Source: Neophaeotheca triangularis
Lineage: Eukaryota
NCBI GenBank assembly: GCA_054600435.1
Contig: BAAIJX010000017.1
Span: 310,001-374,000, forward strand
Direction: 5' to 3'
Length of the DNA: 64,000 bases
Notes under the pieces: generated by a model
Database searches by the model: none
What the model saw: only the letters and a program-made list of their open reading frames with translations
Told to the model about the DNA's origin: nothing
Shown here: piece by piece, positions 11,867 through 25,800 of the stretch
Layout of the letters: the number at the start of each line of letters is the position of its first letter
Position numbering within the stretch: the stretch's first letter is position 1
Program-made: the position numbers and the translations under genes

Positions 11867-13347
11867 ATGGCAATCCAAACGAAGCGAGTTGCGGTCATCG
11901 GTGCCGGCCCTGGAGGCCTCGCAGCGACGAAGTAAGTATATGCCCCTTCAGTGGCCGCCCTGGCATCCTATCACTGACCATTCCAAGGTACCTCCTGGCC
12001 GAGGGCGCCTCAGTTACGCTGTTCGAGAAGAAGTCAAGCGCAGGCGGCGTGTGGCATCCAGAATACGAGAGCGATGGCCGCGTCAAAGGACCCATGTACG
12101 AGAGCCTCGAGACGAACGTCCCCCATACTCTCATGACTTTCAGCGACTTCTCCTACCCGGCCAACACACCGCTGTACCCAGGTCATCGCCTTGTCAAACA
12201 GTATCTGCAGAGCTATGCTGGATCCCTCACTGCTTGCGCAGTGGAGGGCACTGAACTTGTCATCAAGTACGACACGAGCGTCGTGGATGTGCGAGGCAAG
12301 TTGCGTGGAAGGGCGAAGAAGTGGCAGATCACGTCGACGAACAACCTTGTCAGAGCCCAGGGGAGCGGTGGCAACGTCGAGCTGTTTGACAATGTCGTTG
12401 TTGCAGTGGGCAACTACCATACCCCCATCTTCCCGACCGAACCCACCATTTCTCCCGAGTGGCTCGGGAACTGGATCATTCACTCTACGCACTACCCAGG
12501 CCCGGAGCCATTTGCCGGCAAGGTAAGTCCAGATGTCTTGCTCCAGGACCTAATACATTACTAACTCATGTCCAAGACTGTGGTCATCGTAGGAAACGGA
12601 CCAAGTGGGTGGGACATTTCGTCTCAGATCGCCGCAGTCGCAAAAACAACCATCGTCTCCAACAAGCGAATCGAGGCCGTCAGCTCCGACCGCATCGTCA
12701 GCGTAGGCACGGTCAAAGCATACGACTACGCCACCCGCTCCGTGTCGTTCCACCGAGGCCCCAAAGCCCGGCAAGTCGACATCATCGTCATCTGCACCGG
12801 CTACCAGTACGACTACACCTTCCTCAAAACCTCCTCAGGCAATGCTCTTATCCCCGCCGGTACCCAGGTCGTAGACCTCTTCCAGCACATGATCTACAAA
12901 CCCGAGCCCTCCTTGGCCTTCGTCGGCATCCCCAAAATGACCGCGTCCTTCGTCGTAGCCGAAGTGCAGAGCGCCTTCATCGCCCGCGTCTTCACCTCCA
13001 ACCAACCACTACCCCCCGACTCGGCCATGGCGAGCTACGTGTCCGCAAAATCGAAGGAATGGTCCCAGCGCATCGAGAAGTCGAAACTGCCGCCCAACCA
13101 GAAAATGCTACACAACCTGGGTCAAAACTTGGACCGTACTTACGTTCACACGCTCTATGAGATGGCCACGGAGCTCGGGGGCCGCAAGCAGCCACCACGC
13201 TGGTGCGCGAAGCTGGACACTGCTCGCGAGCTGAACAAGGCTGTTCGTCAGGAGTTCAAGGAGGCTGGTGAAGCAAGGTTCAAGATTACGTCGTTTGAGC
13301 AGCTCGGGAGGAGTTTGCCTGAGGAGTGCGATGCGACGGGGTTTTGA
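11867..13347 (+). CDS. Flavin-containing monooxygenase (FMO-like; introns 11932-11987 and 12523-12576)
   Basis: FAD motif VAVIGAGPGG, GGVW, MYESLETN, FMO-type IHSTHY, NADPH motif VVIVGNGPSG, CTGY; both introns restore the frame. Confidence 0.9.
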
Positions 13348-13813
13348 GAGGTCTGTTGGACCGAGTTTGCGGAAGGGTTACGTTCGCGGTGTTGATGTGG
13401 GTGGTGGTGCTTTGGTGGATATGCTCACTTGCTTTTTCTTTTGTATCGTGATGTAGCTCTACCGTAGCTACATAGCTACCTCGTAAAGGGCCGATCGGTC
13501 AGACAAGCCCAAGCTACTTGATCGTTGAGTACGATCGCAGCAAACCTCACCTTCACAATTACAAGCAGGAAGGATGTCCTCGCGCAGGTTTACACTGATA
13601 AGGTCCAAGTGCTGCAGAAGTCGGTGATAGTAGGAGCAATTGTGCCGGAGGATGCCATTGCCCTAGGTAGCTGGGCATTACCTCCTATTGTCTGGCACTT
13701 CCAAGCCCGCCCCTTTGTGCTCCGTGTCCCCTGGCAAAAGACGCAGCTTGTTGTGAATTAACGGAATATCTATGTAAGTTAAGGTAGGTGTAGAAAAGCT
13801 AGATACTCACCAT

Positions 13814-13814
<1 letters not shown>

Positions 13815-13850
<36 letters not shown>
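13815..13850 (+). repeat. (ACT)12 microsatellite
   Basis: Read directly. Confidence 0.9.
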
Positions 13851-14325
13851 GTACAGTATTATCGCCCGTCGTGTTGTTGTGTGATTAGAGAAAACGACCT
13901 GAGCGAGGGCTTCCGACGACACCGAAGCCGGGAAGCTCCACCACCACCACCACCAGCGACGCCCATGACTTGACCGGCAACACGCGTGCCTGAAAGTGCC
14001 CACCACTCCCACTGCCCAGACCTCACCTGGTCACCCCCTTTGACTCCACCACCCTATCGCGCCTACCCACCCACCACTTCCTCTCCCACCCGAGTGACTG
14101 CGTAGTGCGTACTACTCCGCCCCGCACCCTCTCACCTCGCCTGGTCAAAGTCGAAGAGGTATTGGTACTGCAGACTGAGGTGCAGACTGCAGAGACCCTC
14201 CTCAGCCTCCCGTCCCTTGCACACTCGGCGCACGGAGCACAAGTCAAGTCGCTGCGCAATTGCCAGTCACCAGTCACCAGTCACCAACCAAGGCACGGAC
14301 GGCCATTGCCCGCCCACTCTTGCTC

Positions 14326-17302
14326 ATGGAACAACACCAACAGCAGCAGCCTTGGTTCGACTCCGCAAACGACTCTTCAGTTGTAGGGAGCACTGCTGCC
14401 GCCGATCGCGCCCCTTCGACACAACACCAACAGCAGCAGCATTACCAGCAACAGCGATATGCTCCCACATCCGACCAATTGACGCACCAAACCCCACTGC
14501 GCGACCGTGCTGTGTCGTCGTCCACCTCCCACGACCTCAGTACTGTCCCAAGTAACCAACAAAGCTACCCTTACGAAGCGTACAACAACACGCCGTCGCT
14601 TTCTACGCGCGCGGCCTCCATGACCATCTCCGGCAAAGAAGCCGAGACATACAATAACGCCAGCATGGCCTACAACGCCGATCTTGAGATGGAAGACGCG
14701 AACCCCATCAACTACGAAAAGTACGCGACGAGAGCACCGTCGAGCTCTAATCGCAACTCGCAGCACTATCTGCCCACTCAACCGATCGACAGCGCAAACA
14801 GACCCGCCGCGTACAGCCCAATGAACACCTCGCCCAATGCCTCCTACCTCTCGAGCCCAACACAACAATACGCGACAAACCAATATACTTCCTACACCCC
14901 GCAGCAATCTGCACGGCAATCACCGACCAGGCAGCAATTCACTTCTCCGCCAAATCAGAGGTACTACGCTTCGCCCACGTCATCTTCAAGAAGCCACAAC
15001 TCGCAACTGCCTCCATTGCAGTCAAACATGTCACCTGGCGATTCTTACTACCCGCAATCCGCAACGCAGCAACTCAATGCCGTGTTCGGAAGAGAAGCCA
15101 CTTCACCAAGAATGTCCGCTCAACAGCAACAGCAGCCTGGGAGCAAGGGGCCGGTGCCACAATTCAGCAAAGTCACTGACACCAGCAGTCTCGAGCCACG
15201 CATAAACGCGCAACCGCCCTTCAGGAGAGCGAATCCGGAAGGTGGCTTCATCAGTCCGCTGCAGGCGCTTACTACGCATCTACCTGCTACGTACCGCATA
15301 TGCAACCCACAATTTCAGTACGAATCCTCGAGGAACCCGAGAAGAGTGCTCACAAAGCCGAGCAAGGGCCTCAAGAATGATGGCTATGACAACGAGGATA
15401 GTGACTACATATTATACGTGAACGACATTCTGGGATCTGAAGAGACGAACCACAAGAACCGATATCTGATTTTGGACGTGCTCGGACAAGGAACGTTTGG
15501 GCAGGTGGTGAAATGCCAGAATCTCAAGACGCAGGAAGTTGTGGCTGTCAAGGTGGTCAAGAACAAGACGGCCTATTTCAACCAGAGCATGATGGAGGTT
15601 TCGGTGCTTGATTTGCTCAACGGACGCATGGACAAGAATGATGACCACCACATTCTGCGACTCAAGGATACATTCATACACAGACAGCATCTGTGTTTGG
15701 TTTTTGAGCTGCTGTCTGTGAATCTGTACGAGCTGATCAAGCAGAATCAGTTCAGGGGGCTGAGCACGACTCTCGTGAGGGTATTTGCGCAGCAGCTTTT
15801 AAATGGCTTGTGCCTACTGAGCAAGGCGAAGCTGATACACTGCGATTTGAAGCCGGAAAACATTTTGTTGAAGAAGTCAGTCTTTCAAGCGCACTTGTAT
15901 CCTCGATGATTACATGCTAACACATTCTAGCCTTGAAAGCCCAATCATCAAAATTATCGACTTCGGCTCTGCGTGCGATGAGCGACAGACGGTGTACACG
16001 TACATCCAATCACGCTTTTACCGATCCCCTGAAGTGCTGCTTGGCTTGCCATATTCGGCCGCAATAGACATGTGGTCTCTTGGTTGCATCGTTGTCGAGC
16101 TTTTCCTCGGCTTGCCGCTCTTCCCGGGATCTTCCGAGTACAACCAAGTATCGCGAATCACGGAAATGATGGGACTTCCGCCAACCTGGATGTTGGAAGT
16201 GGGTAAGCAGTCTGGCGAATTCTTCGAGAAGGTGCATGATGAGTTTGGACGCCGCACCTACAGACTGAAATCCATGGATCAGTACTCAAGGGAGCACGGA
16301 ACCAAGGAACAGCCTAGTAAGAAGTACTTCCAGGCCACAACCCTGCCGCAGATCATCCGGAACTACCCAATGCCGAGGAAAGGCATGAAACCCAACGAGG
16401 TTGACAGAGGTAAGGACGACCTCCTGATTGAATGTTGCTTCGGCTCTAACGTCTTGCCAGAAATGCAAAACCGCGAGGCTTTTATCGACTTTGTCCACGG
16501 CCTTTTGAATATCAATCCGCTCGAGCGCTGGTCGCCACAGCAGGCGCGAACTCACCCATTCATAACACAACAAAAGTACACTGGCCCATTTCAGCCGCAA
16601 ATGAACCTTAAGTCTACTTCAAGGTCTCCAGCGCCAGGTGTACAACAGCAGCAACAAGCCGAGGCGATGTCCAAACAACGAGCCCAGCAACAGCAAGCAG
16701 CACAAGCTCAGCAAGCGCAGCATGCCGCGAACGCTGCTTACGGTGGCATGCACATGAGCCCAGGATATCCTTCTACTCCGCATGCTGCGCAACAGCAGCA
16801 GGCTGCTCAACAACAAGCAATGTATGGCAACATGTACAGCCCAAGTCATCAGGGTGCCCCGCCACCATATCCTTCCAACCCACCCTCGGCATATGGACAG
16901 CAAGTGCCGATGGTTCAGCAGCCACCTCCAGTAGCCGGTTCGATGCATCCCTACGCCCAACAACAACCTCAACAGCCAAACCTTTACGCTCAGGCCACAA
17001 CTCGCGCCGGCCGGCAGCGCGCCAGCACAATGGACAACAATGGTAATGGAATCCCGCCCGCTCTGCAGCGAGTTGTCTCTCATCTTGATCCAAACGCACC
17101 CATCCGCCTTCAGCCGAGTCCAGCGTACTACCCCCCGCCGCAAGACGGGCAGCAACAAAACGATATTGGAAACGTCGGTGGGCGACGAAGGACTAGCCGT
17201 GGCGCTGGCAGACAAGGACAAGACCGCAATTTCGTCAGAGTTTTGGAAGACCGCACGCTCGAGGAGGGTTGGAACGGCGGTGGTGGATGGCCTGGTGCTT
17301 GA
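14326..17302 (+). CDS. YAK1: DYRK-family protein kinase Yak1 (introns 15876-15930 and 16410-16460)
   Basis: NPRRVLTKPS..NDGYDNEDSDYIL, LGQGTFGQV, HCDLKPEN, DFGSAC..VYTYIQSRFYRSPE; Q/P-rich termini. Confidence 0.95.
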
Positions 17303-18066
17303 GTAGGGAACCAGGCTTTTGATCACGGCTCAACGACGGCGATGCCGGGGAGCGCGATGTACCACAGCAGTAGCCCGTACATGGGTTCCAATTTCGCTGG
17401 GATTGCTGGTGGTGTTGGAAACACTGGTGCGTATGGAAGGCGTGGGAGGCGGCCGCACAGACCTACCGGCAGCCTGGACTTGGGTAGTGAGAGGGACGTG
17501 GGTGAATGGCGAGTTTGAGGTCGGTGGTCTCGTGGTTTTGCGCCATCTCAAGTTCGACGATTCCTGCTCATAGTCGGCGTCCGGCACGCTAAGAGCCGCA
17601 AGCCAGCAACCGCGTGCCTGGACGAATGCGCGCAAACATCAAAGAGGCACAAGACAGCATCCGCGACGAAATTCCAAACCAGAGCGGTTCAGCACTCCCA
17701 CCGAAAACCCTCGAAAAGCAATCGCGCACACACACACACACACGAAAGACCAAAATCGACGTTATCGTGTTGCTCTTTTGAAAGACTGCCAGAGCTTATG
17801 GATACCCCCTTTTTAGCATCGAAAGCGAAGCGAGCATTTTCAATCAACATTCGTCTCTTTGTCTCTATTTCTTTCCTTTGCTCTCTTTTCAGGACACCAT
17901 GTCGCGTTGAGTTGGTTTTAATGCTGAACGTGGTAGCGGTCACCAGCAGTACTCGTCCGTTGCAAAGCATCCCACAACGAGTTCCTACTACACAAGCTCT
18001 TTAAGCAACAAACAACCTACAAACAGCAGAAAACGCTCCCATAGCCATGCCCGGCCCAACCAATCT

Positions 18067-18852
18067 CTACGACCCACCCCCATCCCCACCCCCACCACCA
18101 TCCCCAAGCGCACCCGCCAACTCCCCAATCCCACCCATCACCTCCCCAAGCGCCGTAGCCCTCCCTTCACGCCTCACAGCTTCCACAACCGCCACAGCAA
18201 CCAACACAACCTCCTCAACCTGCGCCCCAGTCAACCCCAGCCTCTCAAACCGCAACAACCCCCCCTCCAATCTCGCAAGCACCCGACCCCCCTTTTTCGC
18301 ATCGACAAGAACCGCGCCCCCTCCCTCCACATCCTTGGTAACATACAACTTCCCCCGACCTCCGGGAAGATTAAAGACGGGTGCAAAAGCCCAGCGACTG
18401 TGTATCAGGCCCCGCTCTTCCAAGACGGTCTCGAAGCCGTGGAGGCTGAGGTGGATGTTGGAGGTTGTGAGGGTGTGGAAGCGGATGCTGCCGATGGGGG
18501 TGCCGGTGGGGGTGCGAGTGAGGGTTAGGAGGGGTTTGCTGGAGAGGAAGGAGGGGGTTCTTGCGTTGAGGCTGGAGCGGGTTATTGTGAAGAGTTTGAT
18601 ACCGGTTTGGGGGGTGGTGATTTGGTTTTTGGTTAGGTGGAAAGGGGTCGGGAGGGTTTTAGGTGTTTGTGGTTGGTTTGGGTAGAGTGGGGGTGTTTGG
18701 TTCCATTGGGAGAGGCTGTCCTGAGGGGCGTGGTAGGCGGGTGGTGGGGGTTGTTGCTGGGGTTGCTGGTGGTATGGAGCTGTGCTGGGTTGATATTGCT
18801 GGTACTGAGATGGGACTTGGTTTGGTGACGAGTGGAAATGTCGATGCGCCAT
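18067..18852 (-). CDS. Hypothetical protein: Q/P/Y-rich N-terminus, beta-rich domain ending in a hydrophobic helix, Gly-rich tail
   Basis: About 260-codon ORF with coding-like composition; architecture loosely resembles tubby-C/LURP-like fungal proteins (unverified). Confidence 0.65.
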   Translation of the reverse strand: MAHRHFHSSPNQVPSQYQQYQPSTAPYHQQPQQQPPPPAYHAPQDSLSQWNQTPPLYPNQPQTPKTLPTPFHLTKNQITTPQTGIKLFTITRSSLNARTPSFLSSKPLLTLTRTPTGTPIGSIRFHTLTTSNIHLSLHGFETVLEERGLIHSRWAFAPVFNLPGGRGKLYVTKDVEGGGAVLVDAKKGGRVLARLEGGLLRFERLGLTGAQVEEVVLVAVAVVEAVRREGRATALGEVMGGIGELAGALGDGGGGGDGGGS

Positions 18853-19865
18853 TGCGGGTGGTGACAATGTGCGCTGCTGGTAACTTTTCGCGGCGTTGAT
18901 AGTAGTAGCCCAAACTGTATCGCTACGAATAGGCAGAAGATGAAAGTCGCAAAAAGAGACTGTCGGTTTGGCACGAGCATCAGAGTACGGATACGAAAGC
19001 TGCCAGGCAAATTCAACGAGAGGAACGAAACTGTCAAGTACTTAAAAGTGGCCCATCATCAGCCCTGCCCCCTCCTTACATACGTATATGTAGAAAGCAG
19101 AAGACGGCAACCCGTATCCCCAACAAGCCGAGTCTCTCACTCATTTACCTCTGGCTAGCAAGCTACATCAAATCGGGACACTTGTTGCGCAGTCAAAACT
19201 AGGTACAAAACATGCCTCGGATGCGGTGAAGACCGTAGCCTATTCAGACAGAGAGATTGCGAGAGCTGAGAGTACCAGTGATGACAGAGGAAGACTCTGT
19301 CCGTCCTGCATGCGTCTTCGCGATCGCCGCTGGTCAGCACCACCCAGATCGGGACATTCGCTGCGCTTTCGTGTGGTGCGTGTGTAGGAAGCCGTCTAAG
19401 CACGCGGTGCTGACGATACAGACCGAGTTGTCTCTGTCGTGGTACTTGGGAGACTTCACACAAATGTACACAGTCTGTTCCCTGCGTTTTAAGGCTGGGT
19501 TTAAACCATGAAGAGGGGAGTCCCAGGAAGGCGAAGGTTGGTGACTCTGCAGGCGACAGGGATAGGATCTCCCGGCCGGTTCTTCTTTAGACCAGATATA
19601 TCCATGGCTTTACTTCCAACAGACCCCTCATACCTTCGCTCGCAATGTCGCAATGTATAGACTGGCAAGAGTTGGAGAGAAAAAAAGACACAAAAGAAAA
19701 AAAGAAAACGAAAAAACAGCAGACTTTGAAACTCGAAAGCTGTACAAAAAATCTACTCTACAACCAGTAGCTAAAATCTCTGCACCCAAATACCTTGCTC
19801 AAAACAACAACTCTCAAGACCAACGCCATGCTTTCCCCAACTCATCTACAAACTACTTTCCCCCG

Positions 19866-22800
19866 CTACTTCCCAACAGCCATGCTCCCCGCCCTCGGCC
19901 TCGAGATATTCTCATCACTCTCATACTTCTCCCAATTAGCCAGAATGTTCCCGATGCGCGGGCTGTTGGTCAACCGATAGACATCCTCGAAGTACTCCTT
20001 TGTCAACTCGAACGGCTTAGCCGTGACATTGGGAATGTATTTTCCGACGAGCTTGCTGGGGTCGATGCTGGTCTTGTTGATCTTCTTGAGCAGGAAAGAG
20101 CGGAAGGGTTTGACGCCAGAGCGCAGGAAAGTCGAATGGAAGGGTACGTCGATGCCCTTGAGTGGAATGGTGGCGAAACCGCGCTGCAGGTCGAGGGGCT
20201 TAGGCTTGGCTTCGGTTTGCTTAGCGCATTCTGCGATGATGGAGACAAGGTGCTGTTTGACGTCCTCGATGGACATTTCTTGCATCAGTTGCTGGATGTC
20301 GATTTTCTGCGCTTTGAGGTAGTTGGTCACGTTTGTCAGGCAGTCGAGGGCGCGGAGGTCGCCGGCGCAGACGTATTGCGCGTTGTGGACGTTGAGGTTG
20401 ACGATTTCGAGCAGCCAGCCGGTTGTCTCGGAGATGTTCTCGACAACGTATTGGAGGGCTTGCTCGTTGAAAGTCTTGCTGATGCGCGAGGGGTTCACGG
20501 CGCACATGCTGTAGTTTGAGCGGCCGGCTTCGTCGCGCTCGACGGCGACTTGCATCGTGAGACCACGGTAGAAGACAACGGAAACGAGCGATTCGATGGG
20601 CATGACCTCGGCGAGAGCTGCCAGGGCAGAGTACTCGCCCAAAGAGTGACCGGCGAAGCTGCTATCGCGCTGCACAAGACCCTTGGACAGCATGTCTTCG
20701 AACGAAGCCTTCTCCATAAGCGTCAAGGCGGGCTGGGTGAATTGCGTCGCCGAAAGGAGGCCCGTTGGCGAGCGGTAGGTGTAGGAGCTGGTGGCTTCGG
20801 TGATCTCCTTGAAGATCTTCTCGGACTTGATGCTGCCATCTGCAGTCACTGTTTCGAAGGTCATCGACATGTAATTTTGTCTAATGGCCTTTCCACGGGG
20901 TCCACCGAAATGAATAGTGAGCTCCTTGGGGTTGTTCTTGACAATGTTTGTGATGGCGAAGCCTGTAGTGTTGTCAGTTTTGAGTCTAATGAGAATGGAG
21001 CATGATCGGACTTACCATAGTTGTCCAAGAAATGTTTGTCAGCGCGATCCCACACCTCCTTTGCGACCGAACTAGTGTTGTACAAGTCCATACCCATGCC
21101 CTGTTCTTGCGAACCCTGGCCAGTGAATACGTATGCAGACACAGGTTGTTCAACCTCAGCTTCACCGAGAAGGACCTTCTCCTCGGTCTCAGCCTTGCTT
21201 GCCTCGATCTTGATAATCTTGCGACCAGACACCATGCCAATGTGCTGCAACTTTACCTCGAGAGCATCGTCGGGAAGCACCATACCAACAAGCGAGGCGT
21301 GGTAGCTGCGAACACGGCCGACGTTGTTCTCAGCTGCCCAAGTCTCAACAAGACTGCGGACAGCAGCGCTCGAGTACATGCCATGTGTGATGGTACCAGG
21401 CAGGTTTGCGTACTTGGAGAACACACGCGAAACGTGGATGGGGTTGTAGTCGCCAGAGACGCGAGCGTAGGTCTCGTTGGAAGCCGGGGCCTTGAGGGCG
21501 AGCGGAGTCTTTCCGTTGAGAGGAATTGGGTTCTCAAAGTTGACTGGCTGATCTAGCTCTGCACCGTTGCGGCTCAAGTAGTCGAGCACAGGGTTGCCGT
21601 GAGATGCGCCAGCCTCGTATTCGACTGAAGCGATCTGGATAATCTCCTTGGTTGGAAGCTCGACTTCGACCTCGCCCATTGTCTGGACGGAGCTGAACAC
21701 GGTCTCGTTCTTGTAGCGAAGAAGGCTCTTGAGCTTGAAGACAAGGGTTTGACCAAGGAGCTCAAAGTCCTCCTCTTCCATCTGGAACCATTCCTTGGAA
21801 CGCAGGACAGCAACGTCCTTCGTGGTCTCAAGGTGCACCTGAATAGGCGTCTCGACCTTTCGCTGGAACGTGTTCTCATAGTCGAAGTAGGCACCACGGT
21901 ACAGGAACTGGCTAGTGACTTCCATGACAGGCTTGCCGTCACGCTTGATCGTGCCGCATACCTCGACCATCTTGCCAGATGCCTGGTTGATGACGGCATT
22001 AACCTCGGCAGTAGTGTCAAGGACATCTCCCTTCTTCAATGGGGTCGCACCGGGAATCATGCGGAAGCCATTGGACAGATGGACCAGCTTGAGCAAGTCA
22101 CCGTCGATCTTGCGCGGGAAAATGGGCTTGGTGATCGCTTTCCAGCCGACAACGATGGCAAAATCCATAGGTGCAAAAACCTCCTTGCCGGGCCGGTCAA
22201 CGAATGCCTCGCCGGTGTTGCCCACGGCGTGGACAAAGTCGTTGATCGCTTCGCTGGTGACTTCAGCACGGCCACCGTCAAACCGAGACGTGACTGGCAC
22301 ATCGAACGGAACTTCCTCATCACCGAACCAGATTTTGTAGTAGAACTCCTTGATGCGGTCGTTGCGACCCTCCATAACCTCCCTGATAGGGGCGTAACCG
22401 GTCTCAGGGTGGTAGGTGAACTTGAGCTCCATCGCGACAGGCTTACCAGTAGCTGTGCGATCCTCAATCATCTTGACTACGATCTCATCATTTGTAACGG
22501 GACCGACTTCGATGGTCTGCACATACTTGCTACCGTGAGAGGGCTCCTTCACGCTGATCACAGTCTTCTTTGGATCGTTTGGCTGGGCAATTTCGACAAG
22601 CATGCCGGGGCTGGGCGCGAAAATGCGATGCATGGGGTTGGTCTGGAATCGCTGGCCTTGGACAAAGACATCTGCAGTGAAGAAGGCGTGCCTCCAAGAG
22701 TGGCCTCTACCAGCCAGCAGCTGCATCCAGTTTTCGACATTGGGCAGAGCCATGGAAGAGGAAGTAGACAAGCGGTAGATGACCTTGTTGTCCAGCTCGG

Positions 22801-25800
22801 ACACCGTAAGGCCCTCGACGTTGAGCTCGTCGCTCGCCTCGATTAGCTTGCCGCCAAAGTACTCAATGGTCGGGATTCTGCTCTCGTTACCGCGGTACAA
22901 ATCCTGAGTGAGTTTCTGGATGTGTGTGTGGTGGACACCGTCAAGGATGTCTTTGATCGGTTCGTCGACGATCTTGGAGTACTTTGCGGCCATCGGTCCT
23001 TGCAGAATAGCCACGCGGCCAACATCTTGATCAACAACGGCTTCCAGATCCTCGGATTGCCAGAGAGAATCCTTTTTGAAGAAGAACTCGAAGCTGTCGT
23101 CTAGGCAAGGGACGAACGGAGTTGGCTTCTGACCGCGCCTTTGACAAAGCATTAAGAAGTGCTGCACGTCTTGAGCGTTGATGAGCTGCTCGTCGGCTTC
23201 TGGGTAAGCCGTAAGCACCTTTTCAACCATCGGGAACGGGTCCTCCAGCTCGCTATAGTTCTGCACAAGCGAGCTGTTGTTGTCTTGCGTAGCGAAGCGT
23301 TCCTCAATGCGACGAATGAAGTCGCCGGTCAATTTGCGGAGTGTAGCGTCAATCCATCTCTTCTCATGTTTGACGTAAAGCAGATCGACCATACGGCGTA
23401 GCACCTCGCCGTAAGTCATGTCTTCCAAATCGACAGACTCACCAGCGCGGTTTCGACCGAACCATGGCTTCTGGAAGTCATCGTTGAGCTTCTTGATAAT
23501 GTAGTCGCGCATTTTCTTCAGCTCAGGGATGCGTTTCGCCTTGTCGAGACCAAAGATCTTTTGGTCCATTTCGTGCCAGAACTTGATACCACGGGTGGCG
23601 AGCTTGTGGATGGGCTCTCCCATTTCGGAGCGGACGGTGATGACGCCGCCGGCTGGCCCTTGGTAAGTCTTTTCCCATTCGCTGTCTTCAAGTCCTTCGG
23701 CGTCGACAATTGCTTGTTTGGCCGCCGTGGACGTGTGTGCCTCCTTTGCAGTCATGACGCGGCTTCCAAATAAGACACCATCGAAAGGCATGGCTGGGTA
23801 GCCATAGGCGTGTGCCCATGTACCCGTGAGGTATGGGTAGGTGTCTTCTGCTCCACCAAAGCCAGATCCGGCAATCACAACAAGGTTTTCACATCTGCGA
23901 ATGCGACTGTACATGGAGAGAATGGGCTGGTGGAAATCTTCGAACGAGTGATGGCCTCCTCCGCGGCCACCAGTCCACTGCATGATGACAGGGAAATTGG
24001 GGTGGGCTTTTGCGATGTTGAGTACGGCTTGGATTGCCTCGACCGAACCTGGCTTGAAACCAATGTGTTTGATGCCGAGAGTTTCGATGTATTCGGTAGC
24101 AACTTCGATCGAAGGAACACCGGCACCGATGGTCAATCCTTCGATCGGCACACCATCAGCGCGAAGCCTAGCAAGCATAGGAATTTGCCAGGCCATGGCT
24201 CGTGGGGCAACGTAGATCAAGTTGACCGTGATGCCGCGACCAGCAGGGATGCTCTTCTCGATCTTGGCAATTGCTGCGGTCATAGTCTTGTCGTTGTAGT
24301 ATCCGCCTCCTGCCAACTCGATTTCGTAGCCAGCGTTCATGGTGGCCGCAACGAAATCCCAAGGAACGGTGCATGGTGTCATACCAGCGACCATGACTGG
24401 CGGCAATCCGAGCAGTCTGCTCATCTTGGTGTCCACAAACGTCTGACCAACAGAAGTCCTCGCCAGCTTTGGCCCGAATTCCTTCACCCAATCAGTGGCA
24501 TATTTAACGGCATGCTCAGCGTCACGGTCAAAGATCTCGGGCTTGTAGCCGACCTCAGAATTGGTACCATCCATTGTGCCAGCCAAGATAACGCGCACGC
24601 CTGTACCGTCTTTGTTGCGGTGCGTCAAAACACCAAGTCCAGAGATGCCTCCCGGGCCGAAGTCAAGGATATGCGTAGCGTCGGGCATGACAGTCGCCTT
24701 CTCCCAGTTGACAGGCTCTTTCGTGATCATGCGGACCAACATTGGCACAATGTTCTCGGAACCCTTTTCGCGCAAGTCTTGACCAGTGCAGGTATCGTAC
24801 ACAGGAATTCCGAGGTCTGACGCAGGGATTGAGACGTCTTTGAGGTCATCTTGAAGATGAATGCCGGCCTCGGCGAGGTAGGGGCTGTGGAAAGGCGCAG
24901 TGATCGGGAGGAAGCGGTTGACGAAGCGCACCTTTCTCTGGGTGAAGGGTACGCGCGTTTGATCCAGACCAGTGGGGGCCTTGGACTTGCGTAGCTGCAA
25001 GTTCAGGCCGTACAGCGACATAGGCGGACCAGTCACAACGAAGTTGCGCGCACTGTTGACGAGCGAGATACCGATATGCCTGTCCTCCGGGAGGTGCTGG
25101 TTTGTTGTGTCAATGTGCTTCTGTACCGCGTCTCGGGGCAGATCCCTGATGGTGAGCATAGGGGTCGGGGAGCCCTCGCCGCTATCGATGGAGTCTTGCA
25201 AAACATTGGGCGCAAGCGAAGTGCGAGGATATGCTTGTTGACTCCTAGAGCCGATCCAGAAGAGTATGTTGAGGGCATCTTTGGAGGCCTTGTCAAAAGT
25301 CTCCCAGTTCCGGGAAGCTGCAATTGCAGCTGCTGTGACAACGCCCTGGGAGTGTCCAGTAGTACCGGAGAAACGATCTCTCACGTTGCCGGGATGTGTA
25401 CCGAGCACTCTGCAAGTCACGACATAATGCGCGAGCTGGGTCAGACCAATGAGGGGGAAGCTGACGGGTGCAGAAACAAGGTAGTCGATGTCAGGCTGAG
25501 CCTCCTTGTTGCGCAACCACCGCATAACATCCAAGCCCTTGGAATAGAGCTTCTCAGCCCTAGGATCCCGGGAAAGGGTTTGCAGGTGCACGGCAGCAGA
25601 TTGCAGGAAGTCTTCGACAAATGCAGAGTATGTGTTGTAGATTTCCCGCAATTCGTCGAAATACTCCTCAATGTTGCCCTGACCCCCGAAAACGGCGTAG
25701 ATGTAGGCATTCTCGTCGGCTGCTTCACGAAGCAGCGCAGATTCGTGAGCCTTGATGGGCCGGCTGACAGCTACTCGAGCAGCATAGTATGATTGCACGA

